A DNA stretch of 64,000 nucleotides from an uncultured Chlamydiae bacterium (GTDB lineage Bacteria > Chlamydiota > Chlamydiia > Chlamydiales > SM23-39): contig CAWHDP010000002.1 of NCBI GenBank assembly GCA_963828125.1, positions 1,056,001 to 1,120,000 of the forward strand. The letters are read 5' to 3'. Position 1 is the first letter of the stretch; every line of letters starts with the position of its first letter. Below are positions 47,647-59,342 of the stretch, in pieces. Under the pieces are notes generated by a model. It searched no databases. It was given only the letters and a program-made list of their open reading frames with translations, and was not told the DNA's origin. Position numbers and translations under genes: made by a program.

Positions 47647-48743
47647 ACAACAGTTTCTCCCGCCTTGTCCGCTAAATATTTTTGTATCACTTCTTTAATA
47701 TTGTCGGTATTGATGTCATATTTTTCGAGATTCATCCCCAAAGAGAGCCCCAACTCGTCCAACTTCTGCTTAATCTCAGTCAACGATTTCTTGCCAAAAT
47801 TTCTAAAGCGAAGCATCGCAGATTCAGGCATCACAACCAATTCCCCAATCGTATCGATATTTGCATTCATTAAACAATTGGTAGAACGGACCGAGAGCTC
47901 AATTTCATCAATTTTTAACGAAAGTTTAGAGAGAATTTCATCCAAATCCCGATTCGTTTTCATCTCACCTTTGTCGCATACGATAGAATGGGTCTTCAGG
48001 GTGTCAAACACCTCAAAGTGCATAATCCCAATCTGAGCGGCAAATGTAAGCGCTTCGACAGGTGTGACCCGCCCATCGGTGGTCACTTCCAAAATCAGCC
48101 GGTCAAAGTCTGTATCTTGACCTACCCGGGTATTCTCAACATAGTAATTCACAAGGCGGACAGGCGAAAAAGCCGAGTCGATGACAATCTCATCGACCTG
48201 CCGCTCGAAATCCGTATGTCTTTCAGAGGGAACATAACCGCGACCAGAAGAAATTTTTAAGTCCACTCGCCTGTTCATCGGCTTGGTCACCGTAAAAACC
48301 ATGTGTTCTGGATTGATAATGTCAAAATCAGACTGGCTCAATAAGTCGCTCAGAGTGACTTTATACGAGCCGCCCGCCTTCTCAATCATCTCATCCGTCA
48401 CCTCGAGCATCTTCGTCACAGTATGGATATCGCGCGGATGGGAATTCTCTCCCACAGTCAGCAGACGAAGCACAGCCCCCTTCAAATTCAAGACAATATG
48501 CGTCATGTCTTCGATCACACCCTCGATCGCCATATATTCATGCGGAACCCCCGCGATTCTCACAGAAAGAATGGCCGGCGCCTCGAGCGAGGCTAACATG
48601 ATCCTTCTCAGCGCATTGCCAACAGTATGGCCAAATCCACGTTCAAAGGGCTCCACTATGAAACGAGCAAATGTCGAAGTTTGACTGGCCTCATCGATCT
48701 TTATTTTTTCTGGCATTTCAAATTTGCCATACTTTACAGGCAT
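47643..48743 (-). CDS. rpoA: RNA polymerase alpha subunit
   Basis: [35 protein letters not shown]. Confidence 0.98.
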   Translation of the reverse strand: MPVKYGKFEMPEKIKIDEASQTSTFARFIVEPFERGFGHTVGNALRRIMLASLEAPAILSVRIAGVPHEYMAIEGVIEDMTHIVLNLKGAVLRLLTVGENSHPRDIHTVTKMLEVTDEMIEKAGGSYKVTLSDLLSQSDFDIINPEHMVFTVTKPMNRRVDLKISSGRGYVPSERHTDFERQVDEIVIDSAFSPVRLVNYYVENTRVGQDTDFDRLILEVTTDGRVTPVEALTFAAQIGIMHFEVFDTLKTHSIVCDKGEMKTNRDLDEILSKLSLKIDEIELSVRSTNCLMNANIDTIGELVVMPESAMLRFRNFGKKSLTEIKQKLDELGLSLGMNLEKYDINTDNIKEVIQKYLADKAGETVV

Positions 48744-48757
48744 GTTAGTTTCTCCTC

Positions 48758-49174
48758 TTATACACGTCTACGTTTGCGGGCTCTGCACCCATTGTGGCGA
48801 ACAGGCGTCTTGTCTCGAATAATACTCACAGAAAGCCCGGCGCTCATCAAGCCCCGAACAGCCGACTCGCGGCCTGCGCCAGGTCCTTTCAAATTCACTT
48901 CGCACTCCCTCATCCCCAGGGCCATCGCGTCCTTGGCTGCATTCTGCGCCGCCACTGTCGCCGCAAATGCCGATGATTTTCTCGATCCGGAAAAATTCGA
49001 TTTCCCAGCCGATGACCAGGAGATCACGTTTCCCGCCAAGTCGGTGATCGCTACAGTCGTATTGTTAAAGGTCGCTTTGACGTGCGCTATACCTGACGGA
49101 ACCGTACGGGCCGTCTTCTTTTTAACTCGGACTCCCACCTTCTTTGGTGGCGCTTTCTGTTCTTGCTTAGCCAA
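48758..49174 (-). CDS. rpsK: 30S ribosomal protein S11
   Basis: ATFNNT, GPGAGRESA, HNGCR. Confidence 0.98.
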   Translation of the reverse strand: MAKQEQKAPPKKVGVRVKKKTARTVPSGIAHVKATFNNTTVAITDLAGNVISWSSAGKSNFSGSRKSSAFAATVAAQNAAKDAMALGMRECEVNLKGPGAGRESAVRGLMSAGLSVSIIRDKTPVRHNGCRARKRRRV

Positions 49175-49187
49175 GGTTTTCTCCTAA

Positions 49188-49556
49188 TTAGATTTTCTTA
49201 TTGGCAACGGTTTTCCGCTTGCCTTTACGGGTACGGGCGTTCGTACGGGTTCTTTGTCCACGTACCGGCAGTCCAAGTCTATGGCGGATTCCACGATAAC
49301 AATGGATCCCAATCAGACGCTTAATGTTGTTCTGGACTTGACGCCGCAGATCCCCTTCAACAATATACTCCGATTGGAGAATCGCATTGAGGCGAGCGAT
49401 ATGGTCTTCATTCAGCTCTCGCGCACGCATATCCTTGTTAAGTCCCAGTTTTTCAATAATCTGATTCGACAGCTTGCGGCCTACTCCGTAGATGTAGGTC
49501 AAACTCACTTCCAAGCGCTTATTGTCTGGAATATCTATTCCGATGACTCTAGGCAT
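49188..49556 (-). CDS. rpsM: 30S ribosomal protein S13
   Basis: [17 protein letters not shown]. Confidence 0.98.
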   Translation of the reverse strand: MPRVIGIDIPDNKRLEVSLTYIYGVGRKLSNQIIEKLGLNKDMRARELNEDHIARLNAILQSEYIVEGDLRRQVQNNIKRLIGIHCYRGIRHRLGLPVRGQRTRTNARTRKGKRKTVANKKI

Positions 49557-49609
49557 ATCCTAATTCCTTCCGTCTAAAATAACATGGTTACTTGTTAAAA
49601 CACAATGGG

Positions 49610-50981
49610 TTATCGGCCCCTGAGCCGCCCCTTGGTCATAAAACCTTCATATCTCTTCATAAGTAGGTGAGATTCAATCTGCTTCGTGGTATCTAAAATA
49701 ACTCCTACTAAAATAAGGAGAGAGGTCCCGCCAAAAAACTGGCTAATATTCGCATCTACACCCATAAAACGGCCCACAATCGTCGGCAAAATGGCAATAA
49801 TGGCCAGGAACACAGCCCCAGCCAAGGTAATTCGACTCATAGTCGATTCTAAAAAATCTTGCGTGGGACGACCCTGCCGAATGCCAGGTATAAAAGCTCC
49901 GTTTTTTTTCATGTCGGAGGCGATCTGTTCAGGCTTGAATTGGGTCGCCGTCCAAAAATAGGTAAAAAACAAGATCAGCAGCACATAAAAACTCATATAA
50001 ACCCAGGTGCCCGGCAATAGATAATTCGAGAGCTGGCCTAACCAGGTCCCTTTCCCCAAAAACTGGCCGATTGTCGCCGGAAACATCAGGAGAGACGAGG
50101 CAAAAATCACTGGAATCACGCCGGCATAGTTGACTTTGAGCGGAATATGTGAATTCCCCCCTTGAACCTCGTGCCGCCCTACGATGCGGCGGGCGTACTG
50201 AAGAGGAATCCGCCTTTGGCCTTGAATGACCAAAATCGTCCCAATCGTGATGAACACAAAGAGGAAACATAAAACGATCAGCATGGGAAAGGTGAGCTGA
50301 CCCGCCTCTTGCGATGTTAAATTCAATTGACTCAGGATTGAGCCGATCGTGCTGGGGAACGAGGCCAAGATGCCGACCGCGATGATTAAACTAATTCCAT
50401 TGCCGACCCCTTTCTCACTGATCTGTTCGCCGATCCACATCAAAAAGAGAGTGCCCGCCGTCATCGTGACCATCACTGTGAGATAAAAAAGCCACGGAAG
50501 TCCAAATAACTGCACATCGAGCATCTCTGAGACGATGATCCCAGGGCTTGAGAGGTTGACTCTCACCACGTATTTAGTGAATAACAAGGCTTGGAAAAGC
50601 GCTATCCCCAAGGTAGCCAGGCGGGTCCATTTAGAAAGTTTCCGCCGCCCCTGGTCAGGACTTTCTTTAATTTCCCTTTGCAAACCGAGGGAAAATCGCA
50701 ATCATGACCTGCATAATAATCGTAGCCTGAATATAAGGCATCACCCCAAGGGCTAGAATCGTCATTTTGGCAAAAGCGCCGCCGGAAAAAATATCGACAA
50801 GTTGGAAGAGGTTTTGCCCTCCTCCAGTCGCAAATTTAAACAGGCTAATCGCGACATCAGCGTTGACGCCTGGTACGGGAATATAAGTCCCTATCCGGCA
50901 AACACCCAAGAGGATCAAGGTATAAAAAATCTTGACTCTCAGTTCGGGGATGCCAAAGATACGCTGTATCGCTTGAATCAT
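49610..50981 (-). CDS. secY: Preprotein translocase SecY (apparent 1-bp frameshift near 50687)
   Basis: ALGVMPYI in ORF 50667-50981; [16 protein letters not shown] and GGTSLLI in ORF 49610-50701. Confidence 0.95.
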
Positions 50982-50984
50982 GCT

Positions 50985-51434
50985 TTAAACCTTTGTAAAA
51001 GAAATACCCTTGTCTTTTAACTTCTGCTCGGCTGCAGCAGAGATGTGATGCGCTTCAATACTCACTTTTTTAGTCAGTTCGCCATCTAGAATTTTGATCC
51101 CGCCAGGAACGCGGCGCGGAATCAACCCCTTGGCTCGCAAGGTCTCAGCGTTCACAGTCTCCCCAGCACTGAAATGCTCTTCCACAGCATCTAAAGAAAT
51201 CGCAGCCGACGGTTTGACAAACCTGCCGCGGGTAAACCCACGGATCGGCAATTTTCTATAGAGAGGCACTTGTCCCCCTTCATAGCCATAGCGCTTGCTA
51301 TAACCTTGGCGATGACTGTCCCCTTTTCCCCCTCTCCCTGCATGTCCGCCCCTTTTAGAGCCGACGCCTCTTCCGATACGCCGCGATTTTTTCGCTGGAC
51401 GCGATGTATTGACTAAGTTCGATAGATTATGCAT
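50985..51434 (-). CDS. rplO: 50S ribosomal protein L15
   Basis: GYEGGQVPLYRKLP.RGF. Confidence 0.97.
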   Translation of the reverse strand: MHNLSNLVNTSRPAKKSRRIGRGVGSKRGGHAGRGGKGDSHRQGYSKRYGYEGGQVPLYRKLPIRGFTRGRFVKPSAAISLDAVEEHFSAGETVNAETLRAKGLIPRRVPGGIKILDGELTKKVSIEAHHISAAAEQKLKDKGISFTKV

Positions 51435-51939
51435 GAGTTCGAACTCCTTTCCGTGCAGATAAAGTTGTTTCACGGTTTTTCAGCATCCGTAGACCCTTAA
51501 AGGTCGCTTTCACTTGGTTCAGCGGGTTGGTGGAACCGAGATTTTTTGCCACTACATCTTTCACTCCGCCCAGCTCGAGTACAGAACGGACTTTCGATCC
51601 AGCAATCACCCCAGTTCCAGGAGAAGCAGGTTTCAAAAGAATAATCGCGCCATCCCACTCCACATAAACTTCGTGGGGAATCGTCGCCCCTTCCATCTCA
51701 ATTGTATAGATATTCTTTCGGGCCGACTCAGACCCTTTCCGAATCGCATCTGATACTTCGTTGGCTTTTGCAAATCCATAGCCAACATGGCCTTGCCCAT
51801 CCCCAACGAGGATGAGAGCGGAAAAACTGAATTTCCGGCCCCCTTTGACTACTTTAGAGCAGCGGTTAATATAGAGAACCTTCTCTTCAAATTCGGTCCC
51901 GAAGTCTTCCTGCCGTCTTCTCTCATGTTTCTTTGCCAT
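51427..51939 (-). CDS. rpsE: 30S ribosomal protein S5
   Basis: KVVKGGRKFSF, PGTGVIAG. Confidence 0.98.
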   Translation of the reverse strand: MAKKHERRRQEDFGTEFEEKVLYINRCSKVVKGGRKFSFSALILVGDGQGHVGYGFAKANEVSDAIRKGSESARKNIYTIEMEGATIPHEVYVEWDGAIILLKPASPGTGVIAGSKVRSVLELGGVKDVVAKNLGSTNPLNQVKATFKGLRMLKNRETTLSARKGVRTHA

Positions 51940-51957
51940 ATCGATCCATTTCCTATA

Positions 51958-52320
51958 TTAAAACTGCAATCCGGCTTCGCGAGCGCCATTGGCAAGCTCA
52001 GCGACGATCCCGTGGAATTTATAGCGTCCTCGATCAAAAATAACCGAGTGGATGTTTCTCTGCTTCGCGAGATCAGCTATTTGTTTTCCAATTTCTCTCG
52101 CAGTCTCTTTCGTTTTGCGCTTTTCGCTGCATGCCTTAGATAAAGTTCCAAAACCTGCCAAAGTAACGCCCGCGTCATCATCGATGAGCTGCGCATAGAT
52201 GTGGCAATTGGTTTTAGATACTGATAGTCTAGGCCTTTCTCCATTCCCGTGCAACTTTTTACGCACCCGCATCACACGAGACTTGCGCGCCCGATTTCTG
52301 TTTTTTTTGGATTTATCCAT
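51958..52320 (-). CDS. rplR: 50S ribosomal protein L18
   Basis: RPRLSV, FDRGRYKFHG. Confidence 0.98.
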   Translation of the reverse strand: MDKSKKNRNRARKSRVMRVRKKLHGNGERPRLSVSKTNCHIYAQLIDDDAGVTLAGFGTLSKACSEKRKTKETAREIGKQIADLAKQRNIHSVIFDRGRYKFHGIVAELANGAREAGLQF

Positions 52321-52868
52321 TATGCTTTACCTTTAGCTGCCTTGCCCTCTTTCTTCCGGACATATTCATTTTCATATCGAATCCCTTTGCCTTTATAGGG
52401 TTCGGGAGGTTTCATCCCCCGCACCTGGGCAGCAAACTGACCCACCTCTTTTTTATCGACGCCCTTGATGCTGATGGAGGTCCCCTTGTCTACCGTAATT
52501 TGGAGAGACTTTGGGATTTCCACCCAAGTGGGATGGGAAAAACCGAGTTGAAGGTCGAGCTTGTTCCCCTGAACATTCGCACGGTACCCGACCCCGATCA
52601 GGGTCAATTTGACTTCATAGCCCTCGGCAACGCCGACCACATTGTTTTTCAACAATGAACGGTAGAGCCCATAGAACGCCTTCTGCGGCAAGCGCGCTTC
52701 ATCGCACTCTAAAAGGACGATCTGGCCCTCGATTTTCACACTGAGGCCAGCCGGAAGCTGCATCTCCAAATGCCCCTTGGGGCCTTTAATCGAGAGGGCT
52801 CCGTCCTTCCCCGCTTTGAGTTCAACGCCTTTAGGGAGAGCGATAGGTATTTTTCCAAGTCTTGACAT
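52320..52868 (-). CDS. rplF: 50S ribosomal protein L6
   Basis: PPEPYKGKGIRY. Confidence 0.98.
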   Translation of the reverse strand: MSRLGKIPIALPKGVELKAGKDGALSIKGPKGHLEMQLPAGLSVKIEGQIVLLECDEARLPQKAFYGLYRSLLKNNVVGVAEGYEVKLTLIGVGYRANVQGNKLDLQLGFSHPTWVEIPKSLQITVDKGTSISIKGVDKKEVGQFAAQVRGMKPPEPYKGKGIRYENEYVRKKEGKAAKGKA

Positions 52869-52887
52869 GGTTTCTTCCTTTAACCTT

Positions 52888-53280
52888 TTACCAAACTGTG
52901 CAAAGCAACTCGCCGCCCACTTTCAGATTCCGAGCTGTTTCTCCATCTACAACCCCTTTTGGCGTAGACAGAATCGCGATTCCCATCCCATTGAATACTT
53001 TGGGAATGTCCTCATAACCAATGTAGCGCCGCAAGCCGCTTTTTGAAATGCGCGTCAAACCATTGATGACCGATTCACGCTCCTTCGTATAACGGAGGAA
53101 AACGCGGAGCTTATGCTTCTCTTCATTGACCAAGAAGTTCTCAATAAATCCTTGCCCCTTGAGGATATCCAAAATTTTGACCTTGAGTTTGCTGTGGCTC
53201 AAATCGACGTATCGATGCTGAGCTCCTTTCGCATTGCGTATCTTGGTCAACAATTCTGCAATGGGATCATTAAATGCCAT
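52888..53280 (-). CDS. rpsH: 30S ribosomal protein S8
   Basis: DPIAELLTKIRN, ILSTPKG, GGELLC. Confidence 0.98.
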   Translation of the reverse strand: MAFNDPIAELLTKIRNAKGAQHRYVDLSHSKLKVKILDILKGQGFIENFLVNEEKHKLRVFLRYTKERESVINGLTRISKSGLRRYIGYEDIPKVFNGMGIAILSTPKGVVDGETARNLKVGGELLCTVW

Positions 53281-53291
53281 ATTTCTCTCTC

Positions 53292-53825
53292 TTACTTAAA
53301 TGGAAAGCCCAAAAGGGTCAGTAATTCAATACAATCATCATCATTGTGTGCAGTCGTGACGAATGTGACATTCATCCCCTGCGTTCTTTTCACTTTATCG
53401 AGGTTGATTTCAGGGAAAATCTGCTGATCGTCAATCCCGAAACTATAATTTCCCCTTCCGTCGCACTTCTTACTAAAACCGCGAAAGTCCCGTATCCGGG
53501 GGGCGACTATATTACAGAACCGGTCAAAAAAATCGTACATCCTTTTTCCTCGCAGCGTCACCATCAGCCCAACAGGCTGATCTTCGCGCAGCTTGAAATT
53601 AGAAATCGCCTTCTTCGTCTTAGTCACAATGGGTTTTTGGCCCGAGAGGAGCATGAGTTCCTCGCTGTGTTCCGACAAGGCGTTTTTATCTTTCAACGCA
53701 TCGCCCAACCCCATACTAATGACGATTTTTTTCAGAACGGGCATCTCCATGAGAGACCGGTCTGGATGGCGCGAGCTATGCTCAGCCGCCAACTCTTCTT
53801 TAAACTTTTTATATAATCTAGACAT
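53292..53825 (-). CDS. rplE: 50S ribosomal protein L5
   Basis: [14 protein letters not shown]. Confidence 0.98.
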   Translation of the reverse strand: MSRLYKKFKEELAAEHSSRHPDRSLMEMPVLKKIVISMGLGDALKDKNALSEHSEELMLLSGQKPIVTKTKKAISNFKLREDQPVGLMVTLRGKRMYDFFDRFCNIVAPRIRDFRGFSKKCDGRGNYSFGIDDQQIFPEINLDKVKRTQGMNVTFVTTAHNDDDCIELLTLLGFPFK

Positions 53826-54156
53826 GTTTCACCTTCTTGATCGAACGATGAACAGTCCCTCGGCCACCCGTTTTGTGGACGAGATCCCGCGCTCCGGTTT
53901 CTTTCTCATGTTTGAGCATGACTTTCAGCCTTCTTCCCTCTTTATCGCAAAGGGCGACATTGGAAACATGGATGGGCGCCTCCATCTCGACAATCCGTCC
54001 ACCCGTCTGCTGAGTCCTCTTCAAATGCTTTTTTCTCACATTGACGCCCTGGATGAGGACACGATCTTCGCTCCGGGAGAGAACTTCCCCGGTTTTTCCT
54101 CTATCATTTCCTGCGATCACCAAAACGCGCTCGCCTTTCCGAATCCATTTGCTCAT
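53818..54156 (-). CDS. rplX: 50S ribosomal protein L24
   Basis: [20 protein letters not shown]. Confidence 0.97.
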   Translation of the reverse strand: MSKWIRKGERVLVIAGNDRGKTGEVLSRSEDRVLIQGVNVRKKHLKRTQQTGGRIVEMEAPIHVSNVALCDKEGRRLKVMLKHEKETGARDLVHKTGGRGTVHRSIKKVKHV

Positions 54157-54157
54157 A

Positions 54158-54526
54158 TTAAATTACCTCTGGTGCTAAGGAACTGATTTTGACAAATCCG
54201 CCATCGCGCACTTCGCGGGCCACAGGTCCAAAAATACGGGTTCCGCGAGGATTGTTCTTATCATCTATGATCACACAGCTGTTGTCATAAAAACGGAGAA
54301 GCGAACCGTCGTCCCGCCGAATATAACTTTTTGTCCGGACAATGACAGCTTTGACGACTTCCCCTTTTTTTACAGTCCCTTTAGGATCCGCTTCTTTCAC
54401 CGCACATACGATGATATCGCCGACTCCAGCGTACCGTCTGCGCGTTCCGCCGAGCACTTTAAAACATCGAACCCGTTTTGCGCCGGTATTGTCTGCAACT
54501 TCTAAATCGGTTTCTTGTTGAATCAT
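54158..54526 (-). CDS. rplN: 50S ribosomal protein L14
   Basis: [21 protein letters not shown]. Confidence 0.98.
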   Translation of the reverse strand: MIQQETDLEVADNTGAKRVRCFKVLGGTRRRYAGVGDIIVCAVKEADPKGTVKKGEVVKAVIVRTKSYIRRDDGSLLRFYDNSCVIIDDKNNPRGTRIFGPVAREVRDGGFVKISSLAPEVI

Positions 54527-54771
54527 ACTACCTCAACTACGCGCCATCTCTTCAGTTTTGAAAGAGGCCGGGTTTCCATAATACGGACCTTTTGCCCAAC
54601 TTGCAAAGCATCGGTGTCATCATGGGCATAATATTTCTTAGCGCGCTCGATGACTTTCCCGTATTTTTCATGTCTCATTTTACGAGTGACTTGCACTGTG
54701 ACGGTCTTATCCATCTTATTGGAGATGACAATCCCAATGTTCTCTTTTCGTCTGCCTCTGTCAGCGCTCAT
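54523..54771 (-). CDS. rpsQ: 30S ribosomal protein S17
   Basis: KMDKTV, ETRPLSK. Confidence 0.97.
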   Translation of the reverse strand: MSADRGRRKENIGIVISNKMDKTVTVQVTRKMRHEKYGKVIERAKKYYAHDDTDALQVGQKVRIMETRPLSKLKRWRVVEVV

Positions 54772-54983
54772 AGTGCCTCATTCTGATGGTGTTTTTGGGA
54801 TATGATCGTGAGAATACGCGCCTTCTCTTTCCGTTTTGCTTTAATCAGATGGGGTTTTTCCAACCTCCTCTGGGTCGCGAGTTCATTGCGCAATCCAAAA
54901 ATTTCCCGATCTAGATCATGGGCATGGATTTTCAATTCCTGCACCGACTGATCTCTCCACTCTTTCTTTTTCGTTTTAGCCAT
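54768..54983 (-). CDS. rpmC: 50S ribosomal protein L29
   Basis: Operon position; PHLIK...ARILTI. Confidence 0.93.
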   Translation of the reverse strand: MAKTKKKEWRDQSVQELKIHAHDLDREIFGLRNELATQRRLEKPHLIKAKRKEKARILTIISQKHHQNEAL

Positions 54984-55402
54984 TACACCCTCTCCAATCT
55001 ATCGACAAATTTGGTCCGGATCGGCAATTTCGCGGCAGCCAAGCGGAGCGCCTCTTGCGCCTCTTCGCGTGAAACTCCCCCAACTTCGATTAAAATTCGA
55101 CCTGGACGAACAACAGCCACATAATGGTCTGGCGCCCCTTTTCCCTTACCCATCCGCGTCTCGGCCGGTTTTTTTGAAACTGGCTTATCAGGAAACACGC
55201 GGATCCAAACCTGTCCTTTTCGGCTGAAGGCACGCGAAATCGTGACGCGGCAAGCTTCGATTTGCTGAGCAGTGACCCAGCCCCGATCCAAAGATTGCAT
55301 TCCGAATTCGCCAAAGTCGACAAATGCTCCGCCTTTTGAAAGGCCGGTCATCTTCCCCTTCATCTGTTTTCTAAACTTGGTGCGCTTAGGGCTGAGTGCC
55401 AT
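54983..55402 (-). CDS. rplP: 50S ribosomal protein L16
   Basis: [12 protein letters not shown]. Confidence 0.98.
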   Translation of the reverse strand: MALSPKRTKFRKQMKGKMTGLSKGGAFVDFGEFGMQSLDRGWVTAQQIEACRVTISRAFSRKGQVWIRVFPDKPVSKKPAETRMGKGKGAPDHYVAVVRPGRILIEVGGVSREEAQEALRLAAAKLPIRTKFVDRLERV

Positions 55403-55405
55403 AAA

Positions 55406-56068
55406 TTATGCCCCCATCGTATGCTGCTGCTTCGGAGCAGCTATGATTTCATCACCCTTATTGATCCAGACTTTAACGCCAATAGATCCATAAGTCGTTT
55501 CGGCTCTCCCTTGCGCATAATCGATGTCGGCGCGGAGCGTGTGTAACGGGACTCTCCCCTCTTTATACCACTCGACCCTAGCGATTTCGGCGCCGCCGAT
55601 TCGGCCGGAAACCTGGACTTTCACTCCAGCAGCTCCAGCATCCATCGACGTCTGCATCGCCTTCTTCAGGATCCGGCGGAAAGGAATTCTCCTCTCGAGT
55701 TGTTTCGCGATCCCGTCTGCAACCAATTTGGCGTCGAGATCGGGCCTTTTAATTTCCTCTACTTCAATCCAAACTTCTTTGCCGGTCAATTGGCGGAGTT
55801 CCTGTTTCAGGACGTCGATTTCCGCCCCTTTTTTGCCGATGACCAACCCGGGTCTGGAAGTGAAAATAGTCACTTCGATTTTTCCACTCATCCGCTTGAT
55901 TTGGAACTTGGAAGCTCCCTGGCAAGCAGGTTTAAGGGCGAGCAGATCGCGGATTTTTTTATCTTCGCCGATCTGATTGCCGAATTCTTGCTTGTTTGCA
56001 AACCAATTCGAAGTCCAACGCTTCCTTCTGACGAGTCGGAATCCAATTGGCGATACTTTTTGTCCCAT
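55406..56068 (-). CDS. rpsC: 30S ribosomal protein S3
   Basis: [24 protein letters not shown]. Confidence 0.98.
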   Translation of the reverse strand: MGQKVSPIGFRLVRRKRWTSNWFANKQEFGNQIGEDKKIRDLLALKPACQGASKFQIKRMSGKIEVTIFTSRPGLVIGKKGAEIDVLKQELRQLTGKEVWIEVEEIKRPDLDAKLVADGIAKQLERRIPFRRILKKAMQTSMDAGAAGVKVQVSGRIGGAEIARVEWYKEGRVPLHTLRADIDYAQGRAETTYGSIGVKVWINKGDEIIAAPKQQHTMGA

Positions 56069-56415
56069 TAGCTACCTCCAGTCTCGGTTGAAAGAACGAT
56101 GGTAAAATGACTCGTCCTTTTATTCACAGGAACAGACGACCCTCGGCTGCGCGGTTTAGCCCTTCTTAAAATGGGGCCTGCATCAACCCGCACTTCATGC
56201 ACTTTTAGATGTTCCCGACGGGCGTCCATTTGGGTCACTGCATTGGCCACTGCGCTGTCCAGTGTCTTCTTAATTAACCGGCCGCCTCTCAACTTCGATA
56301 AAAGAAGCTGCAAGCCAGCCTGTTCGACGTCCAATCCCCGAATCAAATCGGCTGCATAGCGCGCTTTACGCGGTGAAATACGGACATATTTAGTAACGGC
56401 TCTAGCGTACTGCAT
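56068..56415 (-). CDS. rplV: 50S ribosomal protein L22
   Basis: [19 protein letters not shown]. Confidence 0.98.
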   Translation of the reverse strand: MQYARAVTKYVRISPRKARYAADLIRGLDVEQAGLQLLLSKLRGGRLIKKTLDSAVANAVTQMDARREHLKVHEVRVDAGPILRRAKPRSRGSSVPVNKRTSHFTIVLSTETGGS

Positions 56416-56418
56416 AAA

Positions 56419-56715
56419 TTATCCCCCTCCTGCTGCCGGCGCAGCTGCCGCTGCCGACTTTTTGGGGTGGCCTTTAAAGGTCCGAGTGGGAGAAAATTCC
56501 CCTAATCGATGCCCAACCATGTTCTCTGAAACATAGACTGCGATAAATTTCTTCCCATTATGGACGTCAAACGTGTGGCCGACCATATCTGGCACGATCA
56601 TCGAACGCCTCGACCATGTTTTAATAACTTTTTTCGCACCCTCTTTGTTGTTCTTATCGACCTTAGCCATTAAGTGGTGGTCGACAAAGGGGCCTTTTTT
56701 CAGCGATCTTCCCAT
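56419..56715 (-). CDS. rpsS: 30S ribosomal protein S19
   Basis: [17 protein letters not shown]. Confidence 0.98.
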   Translation of the reverse strand: MGRSLKKGPFVDHHLMAKVDKNNKEGAKKVIKTWSRRSMIVPDMVGHTFDVHNGKKFIAVYVSENMVGHRLGEFSPTRTFKGHPKKSAAAAAPAAGGG

Positions 56716-56719
56716 GCAA

Positions 56720-57541
56720 TTACCTTCGCTCTTTTACAATCCATTTTCTGGTTTTTCTCTTGGCTCGCGTTCGGAACCCCTTAGTAAACTGAGCCCAAGG
56801 AGATTGAGGATGGTTCCCTTTCGAGCGCCCTTCACCACCGCCATGAGGGTGATCGACAGGGTTCATTGCAACGCCGCGCACTGTAGGACGAATCCCCAGC
56901 CAGCGAGAACGCCCCGCTTTTCCGATCACACGCAAGTTGTGCTCTGCATTAGAGACGGCGCCGAAGGTGGCCCTGCAATTTTCATTGATCATCCGTACTT
57001 CACCGGAAGGCATCCGAATCGTTGCATAGCCGTTGCCGCGGGCTAAAAGCTGTGCGGAGAGTCCGGCTGAACGGACAGCCTGCGCCCCTTTGCCGGGCCT
57101 AAGCTCGATATTGTGGATCACCGAACCGAGCGGCATGAATTTCAACCTCATGCAGCACCCTACTTGAAAAGGGGGCTCATCGCTCGTCATAACGGTCGCA
57201 CCCACTTTAATGCCCTGCGGAGCGAGGATATAGCGCTTCTCGCCATCTTTATAGTAAAGGAGAGCAATCAAGGCGGACCTGTTCGGATCGTAATCCACGG
57301 AGGCGACAGTCGCAGGGATATTTTCTTTATCCCGTTTAAAATCGATCAATCTGAACATCCGCTTATGGGCGCCGCCCTTGTGCCGACACGTAATATGCCC
57401 GCTGTGGTTCCGTCCATTGGTGCGGCGCTTCGCTATCAAGAGCGATTTGGGCGCCGGTTTCTCGCCAGGCGAGAGCTCCAAGTAGACGGGAAGGACTAAT
57501 TTTCTCTGTCCAGGAGTTGTAGGTTTAAAAATTTTTGGCAT
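56720..57541 (-). CDS. rplB: 50S ribosomal protein L2
   Basis: [20 protein letters not shown]. Confidence 0.98.
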   Translation of the reverse strand: MPKIFKPTTPGQRKLVLPVYLELSPGEKPAPKSLLIAKRRTNGRNHSGHITCRHKGGAHKRMFRLIDFKRDKENIPATVASVDYDPNRSALIALLYYKDGEKRYILAPQGIKVGATVMTSDEPPFQVGCCMRLKFMPLGSVIHNIELRPGKGAQAVRSAGLSAQLLARGNGYATIRMPSGEVRMINENCRATFGAVSNAEHNLRVIGKAGRSRWLGIRPTVRGVAMNPVDHPHGGGEGRSKGNHPQSPWAQFTKGFRTRAKRKTRKWIVKERR

Positions 57542-57543
57542 AT

Positions 57544-57876
57544 CTACACCTGCGCCTCATCTATCGTATCGCCGGGACGAAGCGTCACAACGGCTTTTTT
57601 ATACCCAGCCGTTTTTCCAGAAAACCCTCTCACTCGGCGCTGTTTGGGGCCTACGCTGATAGTGTTTACCTTCACGACTCTAATTTTTTTCTCTTTGTAA
57701 ATCTCTTCCACTGCATCGGCAATTTCCGTTTTATTTGCCTTCGGATCGACATTAAAAACGAGTTTTGGGCTTTGGCAGCGAGAGAGAGACCGGTTGCTTT
57801 TAGCGTTCACTAAATTTTCGAGGACACGCCCCTTTTCGGTAACGCGCCGGCTCTTAATCACTTGATATGGATTCAT
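57544..57876 (-). CDS. rplW: 50S ribosomal protein L23
   Basis: VTEK, ANKTEI, KKAVVTL. Confidence 0.97.
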   Translation of the reverse strand: MNPYQVIKSRRVTEKGRVLENLVNAKSNRSLSRCQSPKLVFNVDPKANKTEIADAVEEIYKEKKIRVVKVNTISVGPKQRRVRGFSGKTAGYKKAVVTLRPGDTIDEAQV

Positions 57877-58529
57877 GGTGCACCTAAAATCGAAAGGAAT
57901 TCATCTAGCGCGGAATCGAGAACGACGAGCGTCTGACAGCGAGCGAGTTCATAACCGTTGACTTGCCCTAGCCACGCGTACTCTTTCTTGGGGATGTTGC
58001 GCAGACTCTTAATCAAGTTGACATGGGGATTGCCCATCATCTCTTTGCTACTGTCGCACAAGACCAAAACACGCTTCTCGGCATTTGGAATCTGGCTAAA
58101 AAATTGGGCCATCGTCTTCGTCTTAGGGCCGCTCATCTCTCCTTTCTGGAGAACATGAACGAATCCGCCCTTAATTTTTTCTGCGATCAACGTCCGGACT
58201 GCGGCTCTCCGCTCCTTCCTGTTGATCCGCACATGGATATCGAATTTCGGCCTCGGACCGAAAACAATCCCCCCGCCTTTATACTGCGGAGCTGCCAGGT
58301 CCCCTTGACGGGAGCGTCCCTGCCCTTTTTGCGGGTGAGGCTTTCTGCCGGTACGGTTAATCTCTTTCCGGATTTTCGTATTCGCCGACCATTGGCGGGC
58401 GTTGTTGCGCAATGCGACGATGTAGTCTTTGATCGATTGGGGATGGGCCGCCCCTTCGAGGAGCTCATCATCAACCTGGACAATCCCAATCTCTTTGCCC
58501 TGCAAGTCGTATTTTTTCAGTGTAGCCAT
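57873..58529 (-). CDS. rplD: 50S ribosomal protein L4
   Basis: KPHPQKGQGRSRQG, GGGIVFGP. Confidence 0.98.
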   Translation of the reverse strand: MATLKKYDLQGKEIGIVQVDDELLEGAAHPQSIKDYIVALRNNARQWSANTKIRKEINRTGRKPHPQKGQGRSRQGDLAAPQYKGGGIVFGPRPKFDIHVRINRKERRAAVRTLIAEKIKGGFVHVLQKGEMSGPKTKTMAQFFSQIPNAEKRVLVLCDSSKEMMGNPHVNLIKSLRNIPKKEYAWLGQVNGYELARCQTLVVLDSALDEFLSILGAP

Positions 58530-58534
58530 GAGCC

Positions 58535-59170
58535 TTACCCTTTCTTCTTCGCTTTTCTGATGTAGACGATCCCGCTGGGCGCTCCTGGAACCGCCCCCTC
58601 GACGAGAAGAAGATTCCCTTTCACCGCAACAACCCTGAGATTCTGCACGGTTTTCCGATCTCCTCCCATCCTGGAAGCCCTTTTCCCACCTGGAAAGCAG
58701 CGACCCGGAGTAGACCTCATTCCGGTGGACCCCATATGGCGGTGGAATCCGGAACCGTGGGCTCCTGGACCGCCAGCCATATTGAAGAGCTTCATCACCC
58801 CTTGGAAACCCTTCCCTTTGGACTCCCCTTCGACATCGACGAACTTCACATCGGCAAACAAGCTCGCATCGAGCTTCTGGCCGATCTGATATTGATCCAC
58901 CTCATCCAGGCGCGACTCGTGAACGACTCGGCAAGGTTCGACTCCAGCTTTTGCAAAATGGCCTCGAATCGGCTTATTTGCACGGGCGGCTTGTGATTTA
59001 GTCATAGGAACGCCAGCCAATTGAATTCCATTATAGCCGTGCGTCTCCTTGCGCTTAATGTCTAATACCGTATTCGGTTCAGCAAGTATGACAGTGCAGA
59101 CGATGAGCTTACCCTCTTTGTCGAACACTTGCGCCATCCCTTTTTTCTGGCCAATCAATGTCAGCGGCAT
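58535..59170 (-). CDS. rplC: 50S ribosomal protein L3
   Basis: KKGMAQVF, SKGKGFQG, GAVPG. Confidence 0.98.
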   Translation of the reverse strand: MPLTLIGQKKGMAQVFDKEGKLIVCTVILAEPNTVLDIKRKETHGYNGIQLAGVPMTKSQAARANKPIRGHFAKAGVEPCRVVHESRLDEVDQYQIGQKLDASLFADVKFVDVEGESKGKGFQGVMKLFNMAGGPGAHGSGFHRHMGSTGMRSTPGRCFPGGKRASRMGGDRKTVQNLRVVAVKGNLLLVEGAVPGAPSGIVYIRKAKKKG

Positions 59171-59196
59171 AGGTTTTCCTTATATTTTTTAACATG

Positions 59197-59330
59197 CTGG
59201 CGCGAAGGAAAGAGGTCTAACGCCCCTCTTTTGATCTACCGCGCTTAACCCTATGGCCCGGAAATCCCGAGGTAGGGTGGCATGCGTGAACTAGTTTCGA
59301 CCGATGAGAACGATCTCATTAAATATCGGT
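59197..59330 (-). promoter_or_regulatory. Structured 5' leader of the rplC operon (candidate r-leader)
   Basis: Three consecutive potential hairpins between the SLBB gene and rplC. Confidence 0.45.
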
Positions 59331-59342
59331 ATGAGAGCATAG

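Noticed and set aside
47224..59170. Absence of rpsJ, rpsN, rpmD, adk, infA, rpmJ and rpsD from the ribosomal cluster
   Set aside because: Normal chlamydial arrangement; useful for taxonomy but not novel
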